Of a stretch of DNA of 64,000 nt, positions 26,921 through 38,691 are shown piece by piece. The stretch is from contig JBHGNT010000014.1 of assembly GCA_043228905.1 (NCBI GenBank), positions 18,724,001-18,788,000 on the forward strand. The letters are read 5' to 3'. This DNA is from Azolla caroliniana (Eukaryota > Plantae > Polypodiophyta). The notes under the pieces are model-generated. The model searched no databases, had not been told where the DNA came from, and saw only the letters and a list, made by a program, of their open reading frames with translations. The translations under genes were made by a program, and so were the position numbers. Positions within the stretch are counted from its first letter, which is position 1, and each line of letters begins with the position of its first letter.

Positions 26921-29195
26921 TGTTAGGAATTTGTCCCTCCTATGGAAGGAGTCGATAGTCGAAGACAAGGAGGAAGTCGGTAGTTGAATAAGCTAGCCGA
27001 ACATAGGATGGTCGGTCAGATCGACCAACAAGTCGACAGTTCTTTGAGGAGATACAAAGCTGACTATAGTCGACCACATTGATGGATGCCCCAAGTGAAG
27101 ACAGATCCGACAATTCGGCCCAACTAGATATTCGACATGAGAGTCAGCTAGTCGAGTCGACTAGACTGTCGGCTTGTGTGTGGGTCGGATAGTTGAGTCG
27201 TCAATCGGCTGATTAATGACTATTATTATTATTATGTAATAATAATAATAATAACATATCCCTATCTATAAATAGGAAGAGTTAGGGAAAACTAGATGGA
27301 TGAACATAACAAAGTATTGTATAGTGTTTTTGTACAGGAGAGAGATGCGAGAGTGTGAGAGGCGCCATAGTTGTGTGATACTAGACGCCAAGGGCCCTGT
27401 GTGGCTGATAAACTTTGTATAGAGAGTGTTGTAATTTGTTCTTCCTTGTATATCTTTGTTATAGTGATTCTTTGTTGCCGTGGTTTACCCCTATTTAGGG
27501 TTTCCATGTAAACCATGTGTATTGTTTATTCTCTGTCATTTTTTTGTTTTCTATTTTCGCATAGTGTATTATCTCGGTCTATCTTTCACATAGATCTACG
27601 GTCCATTTCACATCAAATTGGTATTAGAGCACTGAGGTGCAAGAATGGAAGGAGGAGTGAGCGGCTTTCCAGGAATGATGGTCCTGAACTCACACAATTA
27701 TGCTGACTGGAAGATCAAGATGGAAGATCTTCTAATAGTCAAATATCTGTACGAGCCCATAGACAGAGAAGAAATACCCAATGGGGTGTTAGAATCTGAA
27801 TAAAAACTCCTGAACAGGAAGGCGTTGGCCACCATCAGACAGTGTCCTTCAACATGTGGATAATGACACAAACACCTACGAAATGTGGCACAAGTTGTTA
27901 GGGATGTACGAGAGGAAGAATGCTCTAAACAAAACTCACTGATGAGAAAGATCGTAAGACTAAAGTACAAAGACAGAGAAAGCATAGTGGTACACATCAA
28001 CACATTCATGGGGTATGTAAATCAACTTGCGAGAGCCAACTTTCCCCTTGATGATGTTATGTAGGCCCTACTACTACTGTGTACCCTGTTGAACAGCTGG
28101 GAGAACCTAGTGGTGTCTCTCAAGACCTTGTGTCAAGAAGAAAACCTGTCTCTACAAGTGGTAAAGGCAAGTGTATTGAATGAGGAGACGAGAAGGAAGG
28201 ACAAGGGTGTCCTATCCCAATCGGAGGCGAATGCGACACAACATTCGGGTAGAGGAAGAAACAAGCAGAGAAGCCCACAACAAAGAGACAAGTCCCATGC
28301 TAGATCCAAGTCCAGGGGTAAGCTTACATGCTTTTATTGTGGAAAACCTAGACACTTCTAGAAGGATTGTCGACACCTTAAGAGAGACAAAGGTGTCTCA
28401 AATGATTTAGAGCCCAGAAAGATTTCCGATTAAAAGGGCACTTCAGTCGTGGCTACAAGCGAAGAGGAGCTTCCATTCATTTGCGAGCAAGCGAGTGCAA
28501 ACCTTGCAAATGAAGAGTGCACCTGGGTGATTGACTCTGGTGCATCATGCCATATAACTCACTCGAGAGAGTGCTTCTTGTCTTACACAGTTGGGGACTA
28601 CAACTATGTAAAGATGGAAGATAATGGAGAATGCAAGATAGCCGACATCGAAAGTGTATGCCTGACAACGTCGACCGACTGTCGGCTGGTTCTCATGGAT
28701 GTTCGACATGTGTACGATATTAAGTTGAATCTGATATCTACTAGAAGAATGGATGATGAGGGCTACAATGGTAGTTTTCGAAATGGAAAATGGAAGTTTT
28801 ATAAGGGAATTCTCATAGTGGCACGAGCACAAAAACAGGGCACATTGTATGTGATGCATGCCAAGTTGTGCAAGGACGAAGCAAACGTTGCAGCCGACTC
28901 AAGTGGAGAGATATGGCACAAGATGCTTGGCCACATGAGGGAAAAGGGTATGCATATCCTAGCCGACTAGAAACTTCTTCAAGAAGTAAAGAAGTACACA
29001 TGGAGAGATGTGTCAACTACCTAATCGAAAAGTCAAACAGAGGAGCATTACACTCAAGACCACCAAAGAGGAGAGAATGTGCACTAGAACTGGTCCACAT
29101 GGATGTATGCTATGTGGATGCCCCATCGCGTCGTGGAGGACAGTACTTTGTGACATTCATCAACAACTACAGGAGAAAGTTATGGGCTTACGCAT
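26921..29195 (+). mobile_element. Truncated degenerate copia C (5' LTR, PBS, gag-PR-partial INT), related to the element at 51823
   Basis: LTR 26921-27615 (TG...CA), PBS tggtattagagc at 27619, gag start MEGG..GMMVLN.HNYADWKIKMEDLL at 27645, CFYCGKP.HF and WVIDSGAS. Confidence 0.85.
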
Positions 29196-29869
29196 TTGGT
29201 GAACCCGACGTGAAAGGGCCGCAAGGGACGACGAGGATGGAAGAGGAAGACTTCACAGAAGTAACGGCGAGGATAGTTTACCATTTTGCTCCACATGAAC
29301 CTGAGAAGATCCTCGACCATAGGTCTAGAAACCTAAGGTCAAAGGTTGTTCATCACTATAAGGTTAAGTGGAAGGAGACATGTGGGAAACTGAAGAGACA
29401 TTATACGCAATCATTTTCCTAACTTCCCATTGCAAGAGTGCAATTAAACGAATGGGGGGAATATGTAATGTTCATTGGTTTAGACATGCTTATTTGGGAG
29501 TGATCATACTATAATATCTGAGTCGTCAGCTTTATTGGACTGACCTAATGTGTGTCATTGGGTACTCCACACATGATTGGTCATGTAGACGTCATTACAT
29601 GGCCTCGGTCTTATAAACAGGGGACACTCTCCTTGGCTAGGGGAGGCCCCAAGAGTTGTTCCGACGAAGCTCTCTCTATTGAGGTCTAGTCATCTACCAA
29701 GGTCCTAACGTGGAGATCTTGGCTGGTATGGGACAAATCGGGATTCCTCGTCTGCACTATCGACTCTAGGGTGGGGGTGGATGGGTGGTTACGCGTATTT
29801 TCAGTATGATTGTCACTTGTGTCTTTATTTTAGGATTAATGATCTTGGTTATTAAAGATTGTACCAACA
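29196..29869 (+). mobile_element. 3' fragment of a gypsy chromovirus (chromodomain, PPT, LTR from 29464)
   Basis: PHEPEKILDHRS...YKVKW. The block ttcctaacttcccattgcaagagtgcaa is nearly the same as the end of element F near 50290-50320. PPT ggggggaa followed by TGTAA. The right end is approximate. Confidence 0.7.
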
Positions 29870-32037
29870 CTTATAAGCTTGGGTGGTTGGAGGGTGGCAC
29901 ACTTGCCTATTTGAGCCCTCACATAAGCCAAGATCAGTCAGGGTTTGGAGCAGAAGGGGAAGGTATGAGTGGGGTTGGCCAAGTCCGGTTCAATCTGGGC
30001 TCGATCCGATCCAAGCCACTCCCCATGTGAAGCGCCATGCGCATAGCCCATGCAGCCGCCATGCGAGGGATATGGGTATACGAGGGGGAGAGGAAAAGTA
30101 GTAGGGGCAAAAGAGGAAAATAGGGGGAAGCATCCGGAGGATAAGGGTGAATAAGAAAGGGGGAGAGGGAAAGAGGGGAAATAAGAAGGGGAAGTTAAAA
30201 AATAGGTACAAAATTGTCGAAAACTAGCAATAACTAAACCTCATGAGAGGCTGGCAAATTACATGAAAAATGAGGGGCGAGAACATGACTATCTCCTACC
30301 ATTGGGCTACCAAAGGGTTATATATAAGTCAAGGGGTTAATTTCTAACCAAGGTTTTGTCCTCAACTAGAGACATCAAGAGTTTCTCATCGTAAAGGGGA
30401 TTGCATGGGAGCAATGTCCTGTGGTGACTAACAATTTGAGGGAGGCTCCATCCTGGTCCTTAATTCGAGAGGGCATGTTGAGGGTTGGGTGTGGGATGTT
30501 TCATGTGCCATAGCCAAGTCAATGAGGTGGTCATTGTATGTGTAATAAGTAATGTGGTTGTACAATGGAGGCGGGCATGGCTCGACATTGCAGAATTGGG
30601 CATGGTATGCCGCGAGGGGCATTCTATTACAGCCTAAGATGAACATAAGTGCCAAATTTGAGTGTTAGCTTTGAACCAAACATTGAGAGCACGTCAAGGC
30701 ATATATTCCCACCATGTCTTTCCCCCTTAATTAGGAGGCCAAAATGACCAATACGTGAATAGGGTTGGTGAAAAGTATCCGCAGAATATTGTACTTCTTC
30801 AAGTTTTATCTACATAAGCCATGGAAAAATGTTCGAACATACAAGTGAGAAAGAAAGATAAAAAAGGGATTATTATTTTATCACTTTTGCATTCTAGATA
30901 GATATTGTCTTTGCTTTCCCAATTTCAATCCTCTTTACCTTGCTCCAATCAAATAGTTGTATAACATGTTAAAGAGTTGAGCCCAACGACCATGTGCTCT
31001 CTTCTCCCTTCATAAGTTGTGGTTGTGCTCCCACTACATGACTACATGTTCATCCTCTTGGAATATCCCAATATTAATAGTGATTAAGTGTGATTGATCA
31101 TGTTAAGTGTATATAGTTCTATTGTGTGTGAACAATGAACTGGCAACAACGTTAACAAGCCGGCACTTCATGAATGCATGTTTATCACTAGTGGAGATGT
31201 TTAACCATTAATTCAAGGAACAAGCTAATGAAGTGATAATGGTGACATCAAGCAAAATCTGACATATCTATCATGTTTTCAGAAGAAGATATATAATGAA
31301 GTTTAATTTGGCTTTTGAAAAAATCTTTTGTTATAACATACACGCATAAAGGTTCATATATAGACACTTCAAGAATGCTAATAGTATTGGCAAAGATTAG
31401 CACTAGATCCACAAACTTATGAATATACTATTCAAATAATGAAGCATAAACACTTACGACAAACGATTCAAGAATATGATAGAAAATACCTTCCACTGAG
31501 ATGATGGCAGTGTCATACTCTTCCGTTCGATGATGACGATCACATGTCTTCCATTTGATGATATGGACAAAAAGGGAAGATTTTTACTGATTCATTTTAT
31601 GATACAATAAAGTCGAAGGATAAATTAAAATTTATTTATAAACTACATGGAAACATAAACACGACTGCCATTTCATATATCACTGCAAACCATTTCACGT
31701 TTCGAAGGATGTCATTTGATCAACAAACATGACAATCCAAGCCACCACCAAAGGCTTTTGATTGCATGAATCCTGTTAGAATCATATGAGTGTATGTATA
31801 TTTACATGCGGTTTAGCCACAACAAACAACAAAGAATGGCTGTAGTTGTAATGGGAGGTGATTATCTGGCAAACTCCAGAGGAAAGCCAATATAGTGACA
31901 CCATTTCTTAATACAATCCAATGTTTACATAGGGGGGGGCAATCCTCAAGTGTCAATGAGATTACCAATATAGTGATGAAATTATATGTACATCTGTAGA
32001 GATAATCTCTTCTTTGTTTTTTCCTTCCTTTACAAAA

Positions 32038-32220
32038 ATAGTTCCGATCACCATCAACCCATGATTCCTTAGAATATAATGATGACCAATACTACTGAAA
32101 TAGTTATGATTGCCATCGATTCACGAATGCATCGAATATAACAATGATCACAATAATCTGAAAATAGTTTCGATCGCCATCAATCCACGAATGCTTAGAA
32201 TAGAATGATGACCAATAATA
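32038..32220. repeat. Three diverged copies of about 62 bp in the PYRP2 3' UTR
   Basis: atagtt..gat..ccatc.a...a.ga.t.c...gaata.aa..tga..a.aata repeated three times, with a partial related copy at the stop codon (32272-32300). Confidence 0.65.
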
Positions 32221-32289
32221 TGGAAACTTGTCAAACCTATGTAGTTAATTTTTTCCTTTTTTTCTTTACAGGATAGTTATCGATGATTC

Positions 32290-33874
32290 TCACCATCGAT
32301 CTTCAAGAGCAATCTGCGAGCGAGGCAAGGGTTCTTCTTCAAACTCCACTTCCATCTGAGGCTCCGGAGGCCGAAACTCAGGAGAATCGAGATCAGCCAA
32401 GTTCTTCAAATCCACGAATGACAAGTCATCTAGCCTAGTTATCACTAAATCAGCAGCTCCGAGTTCATAGGATGGGTGTTTCCCCGACACAGCGATGCAT
32501 TTCATGAACGTATCATGGGCTCCTTCAACACTAGAATTCGAGTTCCCTATGACTATACACCTCTCAGGTATAAACCCTAGTAATTGAGCTGCATACATAT
32601 ACATTTCAGGGTCAGGTTTCCCTCTATACACATCCTCCGAAGAAACCACGACACTAAACAAATCATGTAATGACAGAGATTCAATGGCTTCCTCGAGAAT
32701 CTTCCTTGGCCGAGCTGAGACGAGGGCGACAGGAACCTCGTACTTCTTCAGAGTTTGAAGGAACTCAACCGATCCGAGCTTTGGTTGATAGTTCACACAC
32801 CCACGAAGCCCTCGAAACAGTTCCTCTTTCCTCAAAGCCAATCGCCGTACTTCATTAGGGTCTCTGGACCAGCAAAGGACCTCCGAGATGGCTTGCTCGC
32901 TCTTCATTCCTTCAGTCTTCCTCAACATGAAGGCCAGAGGAGAGCTTCGACCTTCTTCTTGGGCGAGGGCCATCCATGACTCTCGCTCAAGCTTGCTATC
33001 ATCTTCCACGATCACACCATCCCACTCTACAATGACACCAAGCCATCCGCACCCCATTCTGTGGAGACGAAGCAATGGATTGTGGAGAGAGGGGTCATCC
33101 GCATTGTTCTTTGGCGGATGGGGTAACAATAACTTGCCTTCACTAACTTGTAGCTGATGATGATGATCATCAGAAACGGATGAAGATGTTGGTGATGGTG
33201 ATGGTGATATTGACGATGAGGACGATCTTTTCTTCAATCCTGGAATCAGCCTTTCTTCTGAAAAATCCATGGTTTCTTCTGCGATATCCATGGCAAAAGC
33301 TCGAGCACTTCCTGCGACATGAAGATAGTGGAGTGATGGTGAAGGCAAAAGCCAAGAAATGAACCTTTCTTTGATGAAATAAATATGTGTTTCATCTGTG
33401 AAATTTCATGAGGAAAGACCGAGCTTTTACCAACAGCATAGCTTGACGGTGACGATGATAAAGCTCTGAACGTGGTTTTCCTCGCAGGAATTTGAGCTTC
33501 TTCTGCAATATCCATAGCGAAAGCTCGAGTTTTACCTGCAAAACGAAGACAATGGTGAAGCTGACGATAAGTCTTTAGAAAACTCAAGCTCTGAATAAGG
33601 ACATTTGAAGCTCTTCGGTGACATTTTCCTTGAATGAAATCTGTGTTTCTACTGCAAGACCCATGGTCAAATCTCGGGTATTACCTGAAAATTGGAGATC
33701 GTAACTTCGCTCAGTCCATCTCTGTGTCTTTGCAGAGAACTTCGGGAAGACATGGCAGGACGAAGACAAACCGGAAATTCTGACGATACACGAAGAAGAA
33801 TGAAAATGGAAAGATTCTTCTGTCGCCGGGATTGAAAGAGGAACGAGGATCGCGCAGGAAGAAGAAGCCGCCAT
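32290..33874 (-). CDS. PYRP2: Plastid HAD-family phosphatase, PYRP2/At4g11570 type (riboflavin pathway). Exons 33874-33685, optional 33535-33431, and 33311-32290; 403 or 438 aa
   Basis: PPKNNADDPSLHNPLLRLHRMGCGWLG, EWDGV, GMKSEQAISEVLCWSRDP, EDVYRGKPDPEM and FIPERCIVIGNSN match the Arabidopsis protein as I recall it. Ser-rich transit peptide in exon 1; all junctions are GT-AG, phase 1. Confidence 0.88.
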
Positions 33875-33911
33875 ACAGCCAAAACGACTTTCTTCTTCGA
33901 AAACTAGAATA

Positions 33912-34248
33912 TTAGGGTTTCGACAGAAGCAGACAGAATATTAGGGTTTTCGGCAGAACTAAGATTAATGAAAAGGGTAGGGTTTTCGGAAGATGGAGAT
34001 GAAAGACGACGATGAAGGAATGACAGAACCTCCGAGGTTTAATACAGAAGAGGAGGAAAGCAAATTTTAGGGTGAGAAAAAACAAAACAAAAACAAAAAC
34101 AAAAAAGACGAGAAATTGTCGGTGGATTGAAATGATAGATGGGGTTTCGGCGGAAGATGAAGAAATGAAGAAATGAGGGGGTTGGTTTCAGGGATACATT
34201 TAGGTTTGAGGGGAGGGGAACCAAATTAGGGTTAGGGTTAGGGTTAGG
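33912..34248 (-). promoter_or_regulatory. Telo-box (AAACCCTAA) motifs and a short (TTAGGG)n run in the PYRP2 5' region
   Basis: ttagggttt at about 33912 and 33941; TTAGGG x3 plus TTAGG at 34226-34248. Confidence 0.55.
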
Positions 34249-36666
34249 AGGTTTCTTTCACTGTGTGCAGAGAAGAAGAAGAAGATGATGATGATGATGA
34301 TGATGGAGAGGAATCTGCACAAGGAGAATGGATTGAGTAGGATGGAATGAGAGATGAAGGGCGATCATGAGTGTGGAAAGAAAAGCAGAAGAAGAAGAAG
34401 AAGAAGAAGAAGAAGAAAAGGAATGGTGTCTAAAGAACCACATTTTCTTCCCATGGCCCCCCCTCAGAAAAGCAAAAATATCTGGAGCTCTGCCTGCGTG
34501 TATACATATAATGATATATGTATGTGTCTCTGTGTTTTTTCTGAGAGCTTCCTTCCATAGTACCTAATATACATACATACTCGAATGCATTCGCAAACCT
34601 TCTTTTCATACGCATTCCAACGAATGCGTATGTTTCCAAAACATTCTTATGTTTTTGGTACACTTCTTACCTTAATTTTCTTACATTAAATTTTATTTTT
34701 TACCTTACGGTAAATAATACTGAATACAAAAGTATGGTATTTACCATACTTCGAGGGTGTTTCTCATGCTCGAATGATTGAACCATTCTCGAATGCGAAT
34801 GCACTTATGGTACGTATCCTTCCTACTATGCTTCTTTCCATTGAGATTGGGAGACTGGGAATGGGAGGAAGTTTTTGGTGTCCGGAAGCTCTCCCGGATC
34901 CATTGGTTTTCAGGCGGCCGGCCGTCCATAAACCAATGGATTAGAATCTTCATACGCCGAAAACCTCCTCCCATGCCATCCAATCTAATTTGGTCATTGT
35001 ACGAATCATCACAAGGGGCAGATGGACATCGGTATCTTTCCTCGATAATAGAATCTATCTATCTGTCTTGCTCTCTCTCAATCATTATACGAAAAATACA
35101 TATCGTAATGCTCACAATGGAATATAGTATGTAGCTTCCCCCGAGCACAAACCATTACTGCGGTGTCCTTTGCAGTACTTTATAGAGTTATTGTCATTCG
35201 TTATTTATTATCCACAAAGGCTTGTTTGAGCAATTTGATCGAAGAACGCGATGAAACGCAAGGGGGGGTAGCTGAGTAATTTTTAATTGGTATTGTATTG
35301 GCTAGCACTGTAAGGTTAGCCATTTGTCGGGATGGATCTTTGACTTCCATCATATTAGTCGAAGTTTGATAACAATGGCTATGATAATACTTAAATAATT
35401 CTCACTGAGATATTTTCAAGCGAAGCTGGCCAAATGTTTGTTTTACAACACTTGAGGTTTAAAATAAATGCTCATATCAACTTTCCTAGAACTTAATTGC
35501 ACGGGATGCTAGTAGCATAAACATTTTGAGTTTAAGATGGATGCAATCTATGAAGATTTTGTTTAGAAGACATTACATGTTGGATTCATTTCATGATGCA
35601 AACATAGGTTCCTTTGTGAATGAGGCATTTTTACCATGACCTGAAACCACACTGACCAATATATGGTAAAGCTCATTCCTTCACCCGTCACCCACTCCAT
35701 TGCTTTCATTCGACTGTCTCACATTCTCGTTGATGTAAGATAGGTTGTTGGGACATGAACAATGAGACTTATGAGCTACACATATTTTTTCCCTTACCAA
35801 GAACGTGAGTTTGAGTTTTTGTGCCTTGATACAATGTTTCTACCACATCGAAGTTTTATTTCCAATCATTATCAACACAAAACATATCAATTGAACGTAG
35901 TCCAATAAAGAAAGCGTGTGCGCATGCATTATGACAAATACGGATTCATTGAATGTAGTCAACTTTCTAATGTAGCCTTGATGAGTTCCTAATGTCAAAA
36001 ATGCACAACACAATATATGACAACAAGGTGACGGGATTAACCTCATCCAATCACATTAATTTGAGTAGGTTTTGTCCATGCATTGCCTATTGCATCATCG
36101 TGAATGAAATAAAGCCATAACAATTTTCAACCATATTTGCCAAGAATAAATTGGAATCACGCATGCTAAAAAAAACATATTCCATTACATTAGGATAGAA
36201 ATACTTTTCTTAAACTTATGCTTTAATAAAAGAGGAAAGGAAAAGGTAAAGTGTGCCAAGAGCTATTAAACTAAGACATTAGGCAACCTTACAAGACCGT
36301 GTATCGAGCTAAACAATTATCATCTTACCTAATTACATCAAACTAATTAATCACGATGCAATCTAACTTATATATGTGCTTCTATTATAGTTACATCATA
36401 CCTTAAGTGCATTATAATATGATTAGGTTACTTAAGTTGCTCATAATATAGTAATGCAATTATGTGGTGAATTTGAAAAAGTTAATTTATGGCAATACGT
36501 TGTTCGAGTTATGCTAAGAACAATGACCTACCCACGTAGTTGTCTATGATATCTATGACTAGGAATTGGCAAGGTTTGTCAATGTATCCTCTCTTCAATA
36601 AAGTACAGATAGAGAAAGAGCTTAGCTGGTAAGGTTTCTCAATGGAGACTAGGAGGTCATGGGTTC

Positions 36667-36978
36667 AACCCCTACATTTAGTGAATAAAGAAATATCCAT
36701 GGAGTAATAGAGGTGAGAAAATTGGGTTTCGAACCCAAGATGTAGTGCTAGAGAGAGCGAGAGTTGCAATGGACAAAGAAGGCTTTGCATTCTGTTTTGC
36801 ATCTCTTCAATATTTGTTGTAGAACCCCTACATTTAGTGAATAAAGAAATATCCATGGAGTAATAGAGGTGAGAAAATTGGGTTTCGAACCCAAGATGTA
36901 GTGCTAGAGAGAGCGAGAGTTGCCATGGACAAAGAAGGCTTTGCATTCTGTTTTGCATCTCTTCAATATTTGTTGTAG
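36667..36978. repeat. Near-perfect 156-bp tandem duplication
   Basis: Units start at 36667 and 36823; one mismatch seen (ttgcaatgg vs ttgccatgg). Confidence 0.95.
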
Positions 36979-37185
36979 AATAAGAGGGATAATATGAGAC
37001 TCACAAAAGTTGCATGGAATCTTCCTAAAATACCTAAGCACTCTAGGGGAGCTCGAATTTTAGACTTATCTATGCATATGATAACTCGTAGATTTTCATT
37101 ATTGCAAGACATGTGATCAAATCCACAAGCAATGGATATCTATTGTTCAATATTTCATTGAGAACAAGTGTTTAACACATGAGAG

Positions 37186-37523
37186 TGTTGGGATTTCGGT
37201 CCCTCCGGATGGGATGTCCGGAATTGAATGACGGCAAGCCCGGTTGCGGTTACGGAACCGGAGGATGAAGAGTACCCGGCATGAAGCCGGATGAAGAAGA
37301 CCCCGGCTACGGAGCCGGATGATGAAGACCCCGACTACGAATGTACCCGGAGAGAGATCCGGATGCGGGGACATATCTGTGAATATGTTTGCCAAGGGCC
37401 CTTGAGGCTATATTTGTAAATAGCCTGAAAGTCATATGTGTATAAATATGACTTAGGGCAAACAGTTTGTTGTTGTTGTTACTCTTTTTTGGGTTTTTCC
37501 ACTTAGTGGGAGCTAAGTGAGCA

Positions 37524-37560
<37 letters not shown>

Positions 37561-37826
37561 GACGAAGAGGTCGTTGCCTCTGTGTATTGCCGCCGCCTGT
37601 GGCGAAGACAGTGAGCTCAAGGTTGTTGCCTTGTAGCTTCACCATTGTACATCTCTGTCTATAGTGATAGTTGGAGTTTGAGGACTCTCGTGGTTTTTCC
37701 CATTTAGGGTTTTCCACGTAAAATATCCTGTCTACCCTTCTCTCTACTGTCTACGTGCATTTTGTATTTCCCGTTTTCTGTGAGTTGAACCTATTCCTCG
37801 GTTGTGGCCGAGCACTGAGTTTAACA
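37186..37826 (+). mobile_element. Solo LTR, sister subfamily of copia G
   Basis: TGTTGGGATTTCGG...TTAACA with TSD GAGAG (37181-37185 and 37827-37831). Clearly homologous to 51823-52489. Confidence 0.93.
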
Positions 37827-38008
37827 GAGAGGACAATGATTAATGTTTCATGGTGGCAATTACTAAACGGATACATTTCACTTAGGATTCCTTGCTCTTC
37901 ATGTGTGCAACATTTGGTTACCTTTGTGATATTTGTATGGAAACCATCATCTAGTAAAGATCATTGTATGAATACTCTGTGTTCTCTGTGTTCTCTGTAT
38001 GAATCATC

Positions 38009-38056
<48 letters not shown>

Positions 38057-38298
38057 GCAAGACACACTATATTTCGAAAATTATATGAATACTCTGTGTT
38101 CTCTGTCTGTGTTTTTACAACGCGCTCATCAGCGCTATTTATACAAGTCCACACGGGACTGTTAGAAGTACGGTGTACTTCAATGCTCACACGAGCATCT
38201 GACACTAACTACGAGACTATAATTGCCTAGTAGTCTAACCTATACTAGGCTTCTGGTTACGGATTGGATCCGGCATACCGGCTCCCCAACTCACCGGT

Positions 38299-38691
38299 CC
38301 TTACTGCTTACCGGCTCGGTTGCTCACCGGCATACCGATTCATCTCACTTATTCAGCCGATCCGGCTCCGGTTGAGCTTGCCGCTCAACACTCCCCCTCA
38401 AGCTCAACCTGAGGTAGGGTCGTAGTGTCAACCTCTGTGGCAGCCGATTCTTCCAACCGACTTCTCCTGGCGTCGCTTCGCCTTGCTCGCACTCCTTACT
38501 GCTTACTGGCTCGGTTGCTCACCGGCATATCGATTCATCTCGCTTATTCAGCTGATTCGGCTCCGGTTGAGCTTGCCGCTCAACACTCCCCCTCAAGCTC
38601 AACCTGAGGTAGGGTCGTAGTGTCAACCTCTGTGGCAACCGGTTCTTCCAACCAACTTCTCCTGGCGTCGCTTCGTCTTGCTCGCACTCCT
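38299..38691. repeat. 195-bp tandem duplication spanning the PPT/LTR border of element E
   Basis: Units start at 38299 and 38494; cgctcaacactccccctcaagc occurs at about 38382 and 38577. Confidence 0.9.

Noticed and set aside
33246-33874. PYRP2 as a frameshifted pseudogene, or three separate ORFs
   Set aside because: Canonical same-phase GT-AG sites join the pieces in frame, and the catalytic region is intact.
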